A DNA stretch of 64,000 nucleotides from Paenibacillus swuensis (GCF_001644605.1 NZ_CP011388.1:326440-390439), one strand, 5' to 3'; positions 20,512 through 31,408 are shown, counted from the stretch's first letter. The notes: generated by a model not told the origin, from the sequence alone. Translations and numbers: made by a program.

Positions 20512-21819
20512 TTATTCAGTAACAGCTGGATGGCCTTCCCTGACAAGGGAATAAATCCATTCACCGAACAACGTGTTCGCCCAGGCAAACCAGGGTCTCG
20601 TGAATTGACTTGGATCGTCCACATGGAAGCCTTCATGCATAAAGCCGGTATTTGCCGTTGTCGTCTCCAACATATGGACCAGACGCTTAATCTCTTCATC
20701 GTCCGTTGACGTCAAACCCTGCATGACTAGCGCGATCGGCCAGACATAACCTTCCGGGGTATGCGGACTTCCGATTCCTTTGGCATATTCCCCTTCATAG
20801 TAGGAAGGGTTGCCTTTACTAAGCAGGAACTTCCTTGTGTTGCGGTAAACCGGATGATCCGAACTGACATAACCGAGATACGATGCGGACAGCAGACTAG
20901 GCACGTTCGCGTCATCCATAAGGAGATGATTGCCGAAACCGTCCGTCTCGTATGCGTAAATCTTCCCAAACTCCGGATGATGTACGACGCCGTATAACTC
21001 GATGGCATCCTTGATTTCCGTTCCCAATGTCATAGATAACTCCGCTAACCGCTCGTCCGAGTAAATGACCTTGGCGATTTCCTCAAGATAACCGAGAACG
21101 ACGACCGCGAACATATTGGAAGGAATGAGATAATTAAACGTGCAGGCATCGTCGCTCGGGCGAAAACCCGACCACGTCATCCCGGTGTCATTAACCGGTC
21201 GGCCTTTACCTCCTGCAGGAATCGTATCGAACGACACATAAGGGTTCTTGCGGATGAAGGAGTAGTCCGATTCTTCCGCATGACGTTGTTCAATCTTCCA
21301 TACTCGGATGATCTCGTAAGCGGCATCGCGGAACGCGCTGTCAAATACCGAAGAGTCAGCCGTCGCCTTCCAATAGAGATAGGCTAGTTGGATTGGATAA
21401 CAGAGAGAATCGATTTCGTATTTGCGCTCCCAGACGGTGGGATGCGAATGAGTCTCGTCTTTATGTCCGTTGCCGTTCGCTTCCTTATTAAAGGCATTGG
21501 CATAGGGGTCTAGCAAGATATAAGCAACCTGCCTTCGAACGACGCCGCTAATAATGCTACGAAGCTCCTCGTCTTCCTTCGCAAGTTGAACGAAGGGTCT
21601 CAATTGGGCGCTGGAATCCCGCAACCACATCGCGGGGATATCGCCCGTAATGACGAAAGTCGTATCGTCATCTAGCATCTCCACCGTGGTCTCCAGCGTA
21701 TTCGGATAACATTGGAGAAACATCCTTCGAAGTTCCGGACGATGAGTCAGTTTCTCGGAAACTTCGTTAAGCGCTGCCGTTACGGCTGCTGGCAATTTTC
21801 TATTCAACTTCTGGGTCAT
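20512..21819 (-). CDS. Glycoside hydrolase family 125 (metal-independent exo-alpha-1,6-mannosidase, DUF1237)
   Basis: ORF 20512..21864. Preferred start is ATG 21819 (MTQKLNRKL…) with AAAGAGG 8 nt upstream. Conserved 'ITGDIPAMWLRDS' and overall GH125-like (alpha/alpha)6 sequence. Confidence 0.8.
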   Translation of the reverse strand: MTQKLNRKLPAAVTAALNEVSEKLTHRPELRRMFLQCYPNTLETTVEMLDDDTTFVITGDIPAMWLRDSSAQLRPFVQLAKEDEELRSIISGVVRRQVAYILLDPYANAFNKEANGNGHKDETHSHPTVWERKYEIDSLCYPIQLAYLYWKATADSSVFDSAFRDAAYEIIRVWKIEQRHAEESDYSFIRKNPYVSFDTIPAGGKGRPVNDTGMTWSGFRPSDDACTFNYLIPSNMFAVVVLGYLEEIAKVIYSDERLAELSMTLGTEIKDAIELYGVVHHPEFGKIYAYETDGFGNHLLMDDANVPSLLSASYLGYVSSDHPVYRNTRKFLLSKGNPSYYEGEYAKGIGSPHTPEGYVWPIALVMQGLTSTDDEEIKRLVHMLETTTANTGFMHEGFHVDDPSQFTRPWFAWANTLFGEWIYSLVREGHPAVTE

Positions 21820-21900
21820 CTTCTCAGCCTCTTTCTTGTGTGTTACTCGCGAAGAAGATGGCACGCACTTCCGTGTGCGCCATCTTCTATGTTTTTACTC

Positions 21901-23586
21901 TTAATAAATTTTAATAGAAGAAGCTTGATCGTTAACCTCGTCGCCAATCCACGGCTGATCAGAGGTGAACGTCCACTTCGTCCCTAAGTAATTGTCGTGC
22001 TCATACATCTCGACGGTCCACCCGGATGGAATTTTGAGAGAAGTCACCCAATCGTTCTGAATACCTGCGGCTTGCAGCTGCCCTAATGTGTAATTCCCCT
22101 TCCCCAGCGATCCGGATGCCCCTCCGTAATCAATATCCTCATAGAATATGGCTTCTGAACTTCCGCTCGTGCCTTTCACTTTAAAGCCGATTACCGAGTT
22201 GGCGGGAATGTTCAGCGTCGTCGTAATGGAACCATTGTTCACGGTAACCGCTACGTTTTCCTTGATCGAGGTCGCATCATTATTAACGGAAGCTTCATAA
22301 ATCTCCAGCGTCGCGTTCCCGTCAGCCAATCCCGTGTTATTCAATGTTACGCTGGCTGTATTCGTCGTTGTGTCACGATTAACCAATACCCCAATTTTGT
22401 CACCGGTGGAATTAACCGCCCCTAACGCGCTGGAGATATTACTGTATGAGGTGCTTTTAATGCTGCTATCCCCGTCTCCAAGACCGACTTTCGTAGACAT
22501 TAACCGATAGGTTCTTGTCTTAGGAGATAACACGCCCCCTTGCTCGATATGCCAGAATGGATAGTTGTGATCATACTTTCCTAATGAGAACAGATAAGCT
22601 CCCTCCGTGCCGACCTTAAACATGTCGTTCAGTTTTAATCCGACATAGGAGATGGTCTCGTCTCCCGTCGTATTGATCGGTGTTCCTCCATTTGTCGGTC
22701 CGTTAATGCCGGCGTCATAATTCCATTCGGTGACATGAACGGGAAGGTTCGGTTTACCGCGGTTCGCCGCCCAACCTCTCCAGTCGTTTACAACATTCGA
22801 AATTGTCCCTTCTCCGTTGTAAACATGGAAGCTGATGAAGTTAAAGTTATCCCGGTTGCGGGGATCATCCAGGATATATGTAACATAAGCAGGCCATCCA
22901 ACCCCGCCCGCGAGCGTTGGGCCTCCCAGTTCAACCGTGTTCTGTGTATCGGTTGCCCTCACGGCATTCGTGACATGGTAGAAGATTTCATTGTAAGCAC
23001 CGGGATGATTGTTGCCCGATTCATAAGGACTTCCGCTCAGGTTCAATGCGGATGGATTATCCGGCTCGTTCCAGATCTCGACAAGCGAGACTTTTCCGTG
23101 ATAGCGCTGGTAAACCTTCTTGACAATGTCCTCGTACACTCCCCAGTCCTTGGGAACGCCGGATACGCCGCCGCTGTGGGTCAGCCAAGGCGGAGCGCCT
23201 GTAAAGAGCAGCATAATCTTGAATCCCTTGTCGTACCAAGTATTCAAAGGATCGATTGCGCCCCAGTTCCAATTATCCGGATTCTGAATGTCGTTCACGT
23301 TATTCTTGTAATCGGTTAAATTCGTATTCTCAATCAAATGTTCCATCCAAGCCTCGACTCTAACCACCTTGAAGCCAACATCCTTGAGCTGCTGAATGGA
23401 AGCCGCATCGTTCGGACCGTTCCCTACCCCGCCGAATACGTCTGCGTGTCCGGCTGCGATCGTATTGTTGTAATCAATCGTAACGGAACCGTTAGCCGCG
23501 CTTGCCGTGCCCGGAACAAGAACTCCCATGAGCAGACATGCTGTCATTAATATTCCTGTGAACCTGCCTTTACCTTTTCTCATCAT
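21901..23586 (-). CDS. Secreted clan GH-A glycoside hydrolase (GH39/GH5-like) with C-terminal beta/gamma-crystallin-like (possible carbohydrate-binding) domain
   Basis: Signal peptide (…LLMGVLVPGTASA). 'EIWNEPDN' acid/base motif and 'VHVTEWNYD' putative nucleophile. C-terminal 'YEDIDYGGASGSLGKGNYTLGQL…NDWVTSLKIPSGWTVEMYEHDNYLG' is a Greek-key crystallin-type motif. Confidence 0.65.
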   Translation of the reverse strand: MMRKGKGRFTGILMTACLLMGVLVPGTASAANGSVTIDYNNTIAAGHADVFGGVGNGPNDAASIQQLKDVGFKVVRVEAWMEHLIENTNLTDYKNNVNDIQNPDNWNWGAIDPLNTWYDKGFKIMLLFTGAPPWLTHSGGVSGVPKDWGVYEDIVKKVYQRYHGKVSLVEIWNEPDNPSALNLSGSPYESGNNHPGAYNEIFYHVTNAVRATDTQNTVELGGPTLAGGVGWPAYVTYILDDPRNRDNFNFISFHVYNGEGTISNVVNDWRGWAANRGKPNLPVHVTEWNYDAGINGPTNGGTPINTTGDETISYVGLKLNDMFKVGTEGAYLFSLGKYDHNYPFWHIEQGGVLSPKTRTYRLMSTKVGLGDGDSSIKSTSYSNISSALGAVNSTGDKIGVLVNRDTTTNTASVTLNNTGLADGNATLEIYEASVNNDATSIKENVAVTVNNGSITTTLNIPANSVIGFKVKGTSGSSEAIFYEDIDYGGASGSLGKGNYTLGQLQAAGIQNDWVTSLKIPSGWTVEMYEHDNYLGTKWTFTSDQPWIGDEVNDQASSIKIY

Positions 23587-23923
23587 CCTACCTCCATATT
23601 ATAAAAATAGTATTGTTGCCTAGCTCTCAACCAGACTACCACTCAAATTTATGATCACCCCTCTCTCCCAAAAAAACTGAAAGCGCTTAATTTAAGTTCT
23701 TGTTTAGTATAAATTAGACCGTACGAGATTTAAATAAAGAAACCTCGAAAGCAGTTTGTAAATCAACAATGATCCGTGAATGTACAGAAACCCGGATGGC
23801 CTAAGGCTAACCGGGTTTCTAAGACTATAATTTGAGAACATCGTCTGTTAACTTGAGTTCATTTTCGCTTAATTCCAGGTTGTTTAACGCGGCGATATTG
23901 CTATTACATCAATTACCTCTATC

Positions 23924-26900
23924 TCATTCTTTCAGTTCCAAGGTCCGAACTTGATAAGGAATCATTCCCACTTGAAGCCCTGTCTCTTCTATCCTATGAA
24001 CTTTATCCATCGGTTCCTCCAATAGATTAGTTTCTTGCCACGCGCTCAATGGTAAATGGAGATTAAGCTTAATGGACTCGCGCACGCCTCCCGATTCATA
24101 AAGTCGGATAATGGTGCTATCCCCGTCCTCAGAACGCTTGATTGTATCCAGGATAACCCCCGTAGCCTCCACATGGATAAAACTATGACGAAATGGAAGT
24201 TTACCGGATTTACTGTAGGAAGAACCTTCTACAACGATCAGTGAATGATTAAGTTCATAGCCTTCGCGAACAATATTCGCTTCCCGCCTGTTTCCAAGGT
24301 GAGGGTAAAGTGAGTACGTGAACTGATGATCTCCTTGATCCGCAGTTCGATCCGGCCAATCCGACGAACGCAACAAAGATAAGCGTAGAACGTTTCCTTT
24401 GATGTCGTACCCATATTTGCAATCGTTCAGGAGGGCGACTCCATAATTGTCTTCAGACAAATCCGCCCAACGATGCCCGCAGACTTCGAACTGGGCCCGG
24501 TCCCAGCTGGTGTTCGTATGTGTCGTTCTCTCAACAGCACCGAATGGAATCTCATACGTGGCTTTAGAGGATAGGATGTCCACCGGAAAAGCGACCTTAA
24601 GCAATTTATGCTTCTCGTTCCAGGAGACGCTTGTTTCGAAATCAATGCGACGGGAATCTCTGTAGAAAATGATGTTTTGTGTAACCGATGAACGGTTTAG
24701 TTGCCATTCAAAGCGGAGAATATCACGGTTCTCGCCACTATGAACGACTTCGGCGCTTTTGAGCGTTGGCAGCTCTGCAGGTTGCTTCTCAAAGCGCGGA
24801 TCTATATCCCACGCGTCCCAGACAAGGGGCCGGTCGTGGAACATCTGCAACTGATTGGCCGGTTGACCCGAAATGAGAACTTCCCTGCCAGCTTCCTTAT
24901 CATAGAGACGAACGAGTTCTCCTCGATCATTCCATTCCGCCGAATACAAGTTCGTTTCCCAAATCCCATCAAACGTGATGACTTGCTCTTGTTCCTTGTT
25001 ATGTTCCTTGTTATGTTCCTCCGCTTGCCTTAACCAAATCGTTGCGTAACCAAGCGAAGGTATTCCCGGAACAAATACACAAAGTTCGTACATCTCGGTT
25101 CCAATCACACGAAGATCCGTCTTTAGGCGAACCCCGCTCTCATCGTATGCGAAAACGTTAATGAGTTCAGATCCTCCTGTTATGGTGACAAGACTTTCCC
25201 TTTTCCAAGATAAACTATTAAATATGTGATAAGCTTTCCCGCCGGCGGCCGATACTTCTATAAAGCCTGCAAGAGCTGCAACCGCATCTTTTTGAGCTTT
25301 TTCACCAATGTCAAAAGCCTCAGCATAGTCTTGTTCGGAACGTTCATAGACCTCTTGAATAGAGGTTCCTGGAATAATGTCATGGAATTGGTTCAGCAGC
25401 ACTTGCTTCCAGCCTTTGGCCAGCGCTTCGGAGGGGTAGGCGCCCCCAAATAAAGTATGGATGCTGCTCCAGACCTCTGCCTCCCTGTACAACGCTTCCG
25501 CTTTACGATTCCATCGTTTGTTCCGGGCATGTGTCGTATAGGTTCCCCTATGGAGTTCCAAATACAGATCCCCTGTCCATGTCGGCAATTCTGTGCCCGA
25601 GCGGGCAGCATGATCGAAAAATTCGTGCGCAGTACCATGTCTGGCTGATGGAAGACCGGGAAGGTTAGCCGAACGTTCTACGTTCTCGATCATTTCACGG
25701 GTAACCCCGCCGCCGCCATCCCCGTAACCATATAGCAACATCTGCTCAGGGTGGCATGATTTCTGTTTATAATGGGACCAATGATCATTAATTTCTACAG
25801 GATGCGTCTGCTCGTTTAATCCATGATTAATAAAGGATAGAATGCGAGTGCCATCGATTCCGACCCAATGGAATAAATCGTAAGGAAAGGCGTTCGTATC
25901 GTTCCATCCCATCTTGGAAGTCATGAAGTATTCAATGCCTGCCAGCTTCAATAGCTGAGGTAAAGAAGCGCAGTATCCAAACGTATCGGGCAACCATTCG
26001 ATCCGGGGAACCGCTCCAAACTCCTCACGGAAAAATTTCATTCCGTGTAATAATTGTCGTACCAATGACTCCCCCGAAGGAATGTTCAGATCCGGTTCTA
26101 CCCACATGCCGCCAACGACTTCCCATCTGTCCGAAACAATATGACGTTTAACTCTGTCATACACATCGGGATAGTGCTCCTTAGCGTAGGAATAGAGCTG
26201 AGGCTGGCTTTGGGAATATACAAATTTGGGATACTCATCCAATAAAGTGGAGGCCGTCGAGAACGTCCGGCTCACTTTACGCACCGTTTCTTTCAGCGGC
26301 CACAGCCATGCCGTATCGATGTGAGACTGGCCGACCATTAACATGGTTCCTGCTGCTGAAGTATGTGATGCAAGCCGCTCTTTCAGCTTCAACTCCGAAT
26401 CTAACCATACATTCTGATCATTCCATGACCCAGGCTCTCCGAAACCGTGATCATCCATGACTTGATGCAGTTCACGAATAATGGCCAATTTAGCCGCATC
26501 TGTATCGGGAAGAAGTTTCGCGGCCTCCGCGTATACATAAATCGTATACCGGAAGCTTTGCAACGCTTCGTTCGGCGCCACCAGTCGGCTTTTCGCTAAG
26601 TATAAAGGCGGCGGATCTGTCTCTTTCGGAATATGATCCGTGAAACCACTCATTAATTCCGAGGGATATCCCGGAGGGTTATACCATTCGATACGCAGTA
26701 AAGCAGAACCCGCCGCAATCACTTCGGCATGGAGCGGAATGTAGCTGCGATTGCCGTCCAACCCGTGATAGGGAATACCATTCACATATAAGAGCCCTTC
26801 TCCGCCTCCGCCATCAATCCACAATCCAACCTTCCCGCTTCGCCATGACGGAGGAATGTGGATTTCCTGTTCCAGGATAAAAGTTGTGCCCCGATCTGCC

Positions 26901-27061
26901 AGCCAGTCTCCTTCGGTCACCAGACGACTGTCTTCTTGGTTAGAGACGTAAAACCCGGGGGCTTCGTAGCTGCAAGTTTTGAACGTCCATGGATTGAGTT
27001 GAATTTCGGATAGCCATTCATTTTCCTTTAATTGACGGATAAAGCGCTCAATTCTAAGCAT
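23924..27061 (-). CDS. GH38 alpha-mannosidase (cytoplasmic, MngB-like), 1045 aa
   Basis: GH38 N-terminal signature 'VGQSHIDTAWLWPLKETVRKVSRTFSTA…' with metal ligands HxD. Central and C-terminal GH38 domains present. Confidence 0.9.
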   Translation of the reverse strand: MLRIERFIRQLKENEWLSEIQLNPWTFKTCSYEAPGFYVSNQEDSRLVTEGDWLADRGTTFILEQEIHIPPSWRSGKVGLWIDGGGGEGLLYVNGIPYHGLDGNRSYIPLHAEVIAAGSALLRIEWYNPPGYPSELMSGFTDHIPKETDPPPLYLAKSRLVAPNEALQSFRYTIYVYAEAAKLLPDTDAAKLAIIRELHQVMDDHGFGEPGSWNDQNVWLDSELKLKERLASHTSAAGTMLMVGQSHIDTAWLWPLKETVRKVSRTFSTASTLLDEYPKFVYSQSQPQLYSYAKEHYPDVYDRVKRHIVSDRWEVVGGMWVEPDLNIPSGESLVRQLLHGMKFFREEFGAVPRIEWLPDTFGYCASLPQLLKLAGIEYFMTSKMGWNDTNAFPYDLFHWVGIDGTRILSFINHGLNEQTHPVEINDHWSHYKQKSCHPEQMLLYGYGDGGGGVTREMIENVERSANLPGLPSARHGTAHEFFDHAARSGTELPTWTGDLYLELHRGTYTTHARNKRWNRKAEALYREAEVWSSIHTLFGGAYPSEALAKGWKQVLLNQFHDIIPGTSIQEVYERSEQDYAEAFDIGEKAQKDAVAALAGFIEVSAAGGKAYHIFNSLSWKRESLVTITGGSELINVFAYDESGVRLKTDLRVIGTEMYELCVFVPGIPSLGYATIWLRQAEEHNKEHNKEQEQVITFDGIWETNLYSAEWNDRGELVRLYDKEAGREVLISGQPANQLQMFHDRPLVWDAWDIDPRFEKQPAELPTLKSAEVVHSGENRDILRFEWQLNRSSVTQNIIFYRDSRRIDFETSVSWNEKHKLLKVAFPVDILSSKATYEIPFGAVERTTHTNTSWDRAQFEVCGHRWADLSEDNYGVALLNDCKYGYDIKGNVLRLSLLRSSDWPDRTADQGDHQFTYSLYPHLGNRREANIVREGYELNHSLIVVEGSSYSKSGKLPFRHSFIHVEATGVILDTIKRSEDGDSTIIRLYESGGVRESIKLNLHLPLSAWQETNLLEEPMDKVHRIEETGLQVGMIPYQVRTLELKE

Positions 27062-27087
27062 TAAGAATATCCTCCCTATTCCGTTAA

Positions 27088-30000
27088 TTACATAACAATT
27101 CGAATCGTCTTGATCTCGAATGCGCTGAACCGCAACCTCACTGCACCATTGTCCGATTCCAGGGAAGCGATCGTTTCCTCCATCAAGTTCGTTTCTTCGA
27201 TGGAAAGGTACGGGTGAGCCACCTGCAAATTCACATTTGCCTGACCTCCGGACGTTTCATATAAACGAATGATGAGGCTATGATCATCCTCGGCTTGTTT
27301 CACAGCTTCGATCATAATATGTGGATGGTCCACCTTGTACAGCGAATCGGAAGCCGCCATAGTCCCCGATTTACTCGCCGGTTTAACCGAACGTAGTGGC
27401 GTATTCAACTCGTAACCGTCTTTATACACTAGCGCTTCCGCGCAGGAGCCCGCATGGGGAAGGATCGAATACACGAATTCGTGCACAGCTCTGTCCGCCA
27501 ACGGATCCGGATACGCGGGACTTCTTAACAGATTGATATCAAGCACACCATTCTCGACCCGATGACCGTACTTGGAATCGTTCAACATCGTAACGCCATA
27601 GCGGCTCTCCGACACGTCAATCCAATGGTGGGCGCAGATCTCATCCCTAGCGGTATCCCAAGATGTATTGCGGTGCGTCGGTCGTTTAATGGAGCCGAAC
27701 TGAATCTCGCTGGTTACTAAATCCGTTGCGATAGCAAGCGGAAAGGAAGAACGAAGCATCTTGTCCGATTCCTGCCAATCAACACGTGTCTCGAATACGA
27801 TTTGTCTGCTTTCCGAAGACAGCTTCACGCGTTGTGTCAATTCGGAATTCCCGAACACGTAATGCTGCTCCACCACTGCGTAAGGTCCATCTATATATGC
27901 CTGAGTAGATGCCGGTTGCAATTCAATCGACGCGCGCTCGCGGTAGTCGCCCGGGAAATCCCACGCATCCCCGCCCCGGTCATCGAACAAGACCAGGTTG
28001 TTTCCAGTCCTGCCTCCTTGCAGCAGCTCTCTTCCTTCCCTCTTGTCGAACAGGGAAACGATTACGCCCGCTTCATTCAGCACTACGCGAATTTCTTCAT
28101 TCTCGATCCCTTCGCTTGATGCTTTCAGTTGAACGAATTCAGTTACACCAACAACCTCTTCGGGTTCCACGGCGCAATAACCCATAGAAGGTACGACGGC
28201 TTTCATCCAACCTTTCTTAAGCTGGACCCACTCCGCGCGTTCCCAAGGCAGAGAATTGAAGTAAACGACAGGGTCCCGGTAGTCAGATAAATTAAGGTTA
28301 TTGGCGATCTCCCCGTAAGCGACCTCAATGCCCTTCTCTACTGTTTTCGTAATCTCCTCATATCGAGCCAGCGATTCATCATAAACCCGTCCGATCGATG
28401 ATCCCGGCAAAATATCATGGAACTGATACAACAGCACTTCCTTCCAAATCTCCTCGAGCTCCTGCTTCGGGTAAGGGACAGCGCATGCCCGTGAAGCGAA
28501 CGAGGCGGCAAACTCCCATTCACGAAGTGATTTCTCCAGCCTGCGGTTAAACTTCTTGTTCCGAGCCTGCGTAGTCAACGTTCCCTGATGCTTTTCCAGG
28601 TAGAGTTCGCCCTTCCACGTTTTGTAATGGGACGCCCCTTCTTGCAATTTATCCAGAAAATCGATGGACGGCTCTTGCTCAACAGGCGGAAGGCCAAGCA
28701 GATTCTTCTCCCGTTTCAGTCGCTCCAGATGCTCTTCACCCGGTCCGCCGCCTCCGTCACCGATTCCGAACAACATGAGGGCGCGGTCGGAAACCCCGCT
28801 ATCGTGATATTCCTTCTCGATCTTCACCAGGGAACGAGGGGCGGACGGTGAATTGTAAGTATCTTCAGGCGGTAAATGCGTCAGCACCTTGCTTCCGTCG
28901 AGACCTTCCCAGAAGAACGTATGATGCGGATAATCGTTGTACATATTCCAAGAGAGCTTCTGCGTGACCATATAGTCGACACCCGATTTTTTGAGAAGCT
29001 GAGGGAGACTCGCGGAATAACCGAATATATCAGGTACCCACAACATGCGCACGTCAATACCAAATTCCTGTTTAAAGTATCGTTTCCCGTACAAAATTTG
29101 CCTGACTAACGCCTCGCCTCCTGCCACGTTGGAATCCGGTTCTACCCACATGGCGCCTTGAACTTCCCAACGCCCTTCTTTAATTCGTTGTTTAACGGAT
29201 TCGAAGAGGGCAGGGTAATGCTGCTTGATCCATTCGTATAGCTGCGGTTGGCTAGCCCCGAAGACGTAATCCGGATATTTCTCCATCATGCGCAAAGCCG
29301 TCGCGAACGTTCTGGCTCCCTTACGAATGGTCTCGCGAATCGGCCATAACCAGGCTAAATCCATATGGGCATGTCCTATGGCGCTGACGCGGATTGTCGG
29401 ATCCCCGCCCCGCTTCTTCAACTCAACCGAGAGACGATGTCTTGCCGCACCGACCGATTCCGGCGTTATATCCATAAGAACATGAGAAACTTCGAATAAT
29501 GCCTGCAAAATCTGTTTCTTACGCGATGACTCATTGGATAATTGATCTGCTAATTCCATCAAAACTTCCAAATCATAGTACAATTGCTTATTCTCTTCGA
29601 GGCAAACCGCGATCAAAGCTTCCTTCAGCTTACCGCTCCGATAACGCCCGAACAGATCGTTACATCCGGCATCGCCCCATAAGTCGATACGTTCCCCGCC
29701 CTTCGCTTGCTCGGCAACATATACAACTCGTTTGCCCGGCAATCCGAGGGCGTAGTCGTATTCAGAATTAATATTCGTAAGCCCTTGATAGGGAGAACCG
29801 TCGGCATCAACCACGCAGAGCTCCCCATTCACATCGATAAGCAGCACGACGGACTGACCGGCAGCGGCGGCGGGAACGATTCCTTGGAAATGGAACCAAG
29901 CGCAGTCCCACAACTCTCCCCACGGATCGCCCGGGTTAAGTGTAATAGCTTTGCCTGATGTTCTCTCCTCGTAGGGCACAGGCTCCTTCGTCACCCAAGC

Positions 30001-30120
30001 TTGCACGGATAACGATTCGATGGGCTGATAGATGGATTGTTCAATACGATCCTTTAAGGAATGGAATCTTTCGACGGTTAATGACTCATAGGGCATAGGA
30101 TTCACGCTCGCTTCACTCAA
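27088..30120 (-). CDS. GH38 alpha-mannosidase paralogue, 1010 aa
   Basis: 'AIGHAHMDLAWLWPIRETIRKGARTFATA…YVFGASQPQLYEWIKQHYP'. Same architecture as the 23924-27061 GH38, separated from it by 26 nt. Confidence 0.9.
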   Translation of the reverse strand: MSEASVNPMPYESLTVERFHSLKDRIEQSIYQPIESLSVQAWVTKEPVPYEERTSGKAITLNPGDPWGELWDCAWFHFQGIVPAAAAGQSVVLLIDVNGELCVVDADGSPYQGLTNINSEYDYALGLPGKRVVYVAEQAKGGERIDLWGDAGCNDLFGRYRSGKLKEALIAVCLEENKQLYYDLEVLMELADQLSNESSRKKQILQALFEVSHVLMDITPESVGAARHRLSVELKKRGGDPTIRVSAIGHAHMDLAWLWPIRETIRKGARTFATALRMMEKYPDYVFGASQPQLYEWIKQHYPALFESVKQRIKEGRWEVQGAMWVEPDSNVAGGEALVRQILYGKRYFKQEFGIDVRMLWVPDIFGYSASLPQLLKKSGVDYMVTQKLSWNMYNDYPHHTFFWEGLDGSKVLTHLPPEDTYNSPSAPRSLVKIEKEYHDSGVSDRALMLFGIGDGGGGPGEEHLERLKREKNLLGLPPVEQEPSIDFLDKLQEGASHYKTWKGELYLEKHQGTLTTQARNKKFNRRLEKSLREWEFAASFASRACAVPYPKQELEEIWKEVLLYQFHDILPGSSIGRVYDESLARYEEITKTVEKGIEVAYGEIANNLNLSDYRDPVVYFNSLPWERAEWVQLKKGWMKAVVPSMGYCAVEPEEVVGVTEFVQLKASSEGIENEEIRVVLNEAGVIVSLFDKREGRELLQGGRTGNNLVLFDDRGGDAWDFPGDYRERASIELQPASTQAYIDGPYAVVEQHYVFGNSELTQRVKLSSESRQIVFETRVDWQESDKMLRSSFPLAIATDLVTSEIQFGSIKRPTHRNTSWDTARDEICAHHWIDVSESRYGVTMLNDSKYGHRVENGVLDINLLRSPAYPDPLADRAVHEFVYSILPHAGSCAEALVYKDGYELNTPLRSVKPASKSGTMAASDSLYKVDHPHIMIEAVKQAEDDHSLIIRLYETSGGQANVNLQVAHPYLSIEETNLMEETIASLESDNGAVRLRFSAFEIKTIRIVM

Positions 30121-30331
30121 TTGTAAAAACTTACTCTATTATGCCAACCGCCCGGAACTTTTGTAATACAAATTACTCGAATTTCATTTCAAAAACATTA
30201 AACTTTCTCTCCCGATATTACATGAAAGTATATCTCACATAAACCTTACATAAATATAGAAAACTATTCTATTTGCTCTCTTTTTGCTATAAACTGAACA
30301 TGTTACTACCATTTCATGGAGGTGCGTATTC

Positions 30332-31375
30332 ATGTTCAGTTGCAAGAAGTGGACTCAAGTTACACTCAGTCTGGCACTAATTCTAACCCTTTTGCCAGGT
30401 ATGTCCTTGGCCAAACGGACAGATGCACAACCTGAGCTCCAAGCATCGGGAACGACTGCCTACATCTCGGTAGCCGTTGCCACACAATGGACCTTGTCCG
30501 GAATGAACTCAGTTCGTCCAGTCGATGCACCCGCTCTCAGTAATCCGGTAGATATGCGGGCATGGACAAGAAACATGACACTAGCAGAAAAAACACAACT
30601 CTCAACGAACGGAATGTTAGAGACGGAAGCCTTGTACGGCCATAAAGTGATGATTACACAAGACCTTGGGGAATGGGTAAAGGTTCAAGTCTTAGAACAA
30701 CCGACACCAAGAGATCCTATCGGGTATCCGGGTTATATGCCTAAACGTCAACTGACTACAACCCTTAGCCTGGATGCGTTAGCGGGGAATCGGCAAGCTG
30801 TCGTTACTACAAACTTCGGCATGTTGTATGATAACGAGTCGTTACAGGTGCCTTTCTTAGAACTTAGTTTTAATACGAAGCTCCCTATTGTAGGCGAGAA
30901 CAGTACGCTATATTTAGTAGCAACGCCCGATGCAGGGAATAAATGGATTAAGAAAACAGAGGTTAACGTACTTACTCCCGGCGCGCCTCCTGTACCCGTG
31001 AGTCAGCAAGATCTGGTGAACACCTCACGCAAATTTATCGGACTACCCTACTTATGGGCAGGGGTTTCCGCTTACGGCTACGATTGTTCAGGCTATACAT
31101 ACAGCATTTATAGGGCACACGGGATAACGATCCCACGCGATGCAGGGCCCCAATCCCAAGCGGGTACCGCTATATTGAAGAGCAATCTTCAACCGGGAGA
31201 CCTAGTGTTTTTTGCCACCAAGAATGGAAAGGGCACTGTCCACCATGTAGGAATGTACATCGGAAACAATCAAATGATCCATTCACCGAACTCCGCCTCT
31301 CAAATTCATATCGCCTCGCTGAGTGAATCTACTTGGTTGAGAGAGTATGCGGGAGCCCGGCGTTACTTGCCGTAA
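30332..31375 (+). CDS. YkfC-like cell-wall endopeptidase (SH3b-like domains + NlpC/P60 Cys-His-His peptidase)
   Basis: Signal peptide (…LTLLPGMSLA). NlpC/P60 catalytic residues 'DCSGYTYSIY…', 'HHVGMYIGNNQMIHSPNS'. Confidence 0.8.
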   Translation: MFSCKKWTQVTLSLALILTLLPGMSLAKRTDAQPELQASGTTAYISVAVATQWTLSGMNSVRPVDAPALSNPVDMRAWTRNMTLAEKTQLSTNGMLETEALYGHKVMITQDLGEWVKVQVLEQPTPRDPIGYPGYMPKRQLTTTLSLDALAGNRQAVVTTNFGMLYDNESLQVPFLELSFNTKLPIVGENSTLYLVATPDAGNKWIKKTEVNVLTPGAPPVPVSQQDLVNTSRKFIGLPYLWAGVSAYGYDCSGYTYSIYRAHGITIPRDAGPQSQAGTAILKSNLQPGDLVFFATKNGKGTVHHVGMYIGNNQMIHSPNSASQIHIASLSESTWLREYAGARRYLP

Positions 31376-31408
31376 TGATAACTTCGAAGATATTCTAAAA
31401 TCCCAAAA

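Noticed and set aside
23587-23923. Hairpin GAAACCCGG…CCGGGTTTC (~23800-23832) as a terminator between the GH38 gene and the GH-A gene
   Set aside because: The stem is good but has a 15-nt loop and no U-tract on either strand. This is too uncertain to list as a terminator feature.
24990-25020. 15-bp tandem duplication (ttccttgttatgttc ×2) inside GH38 #1, giving EHNKEHNKE
   Set aside because: This is a trivial in-frame micro-duplication with no evident functional significance.
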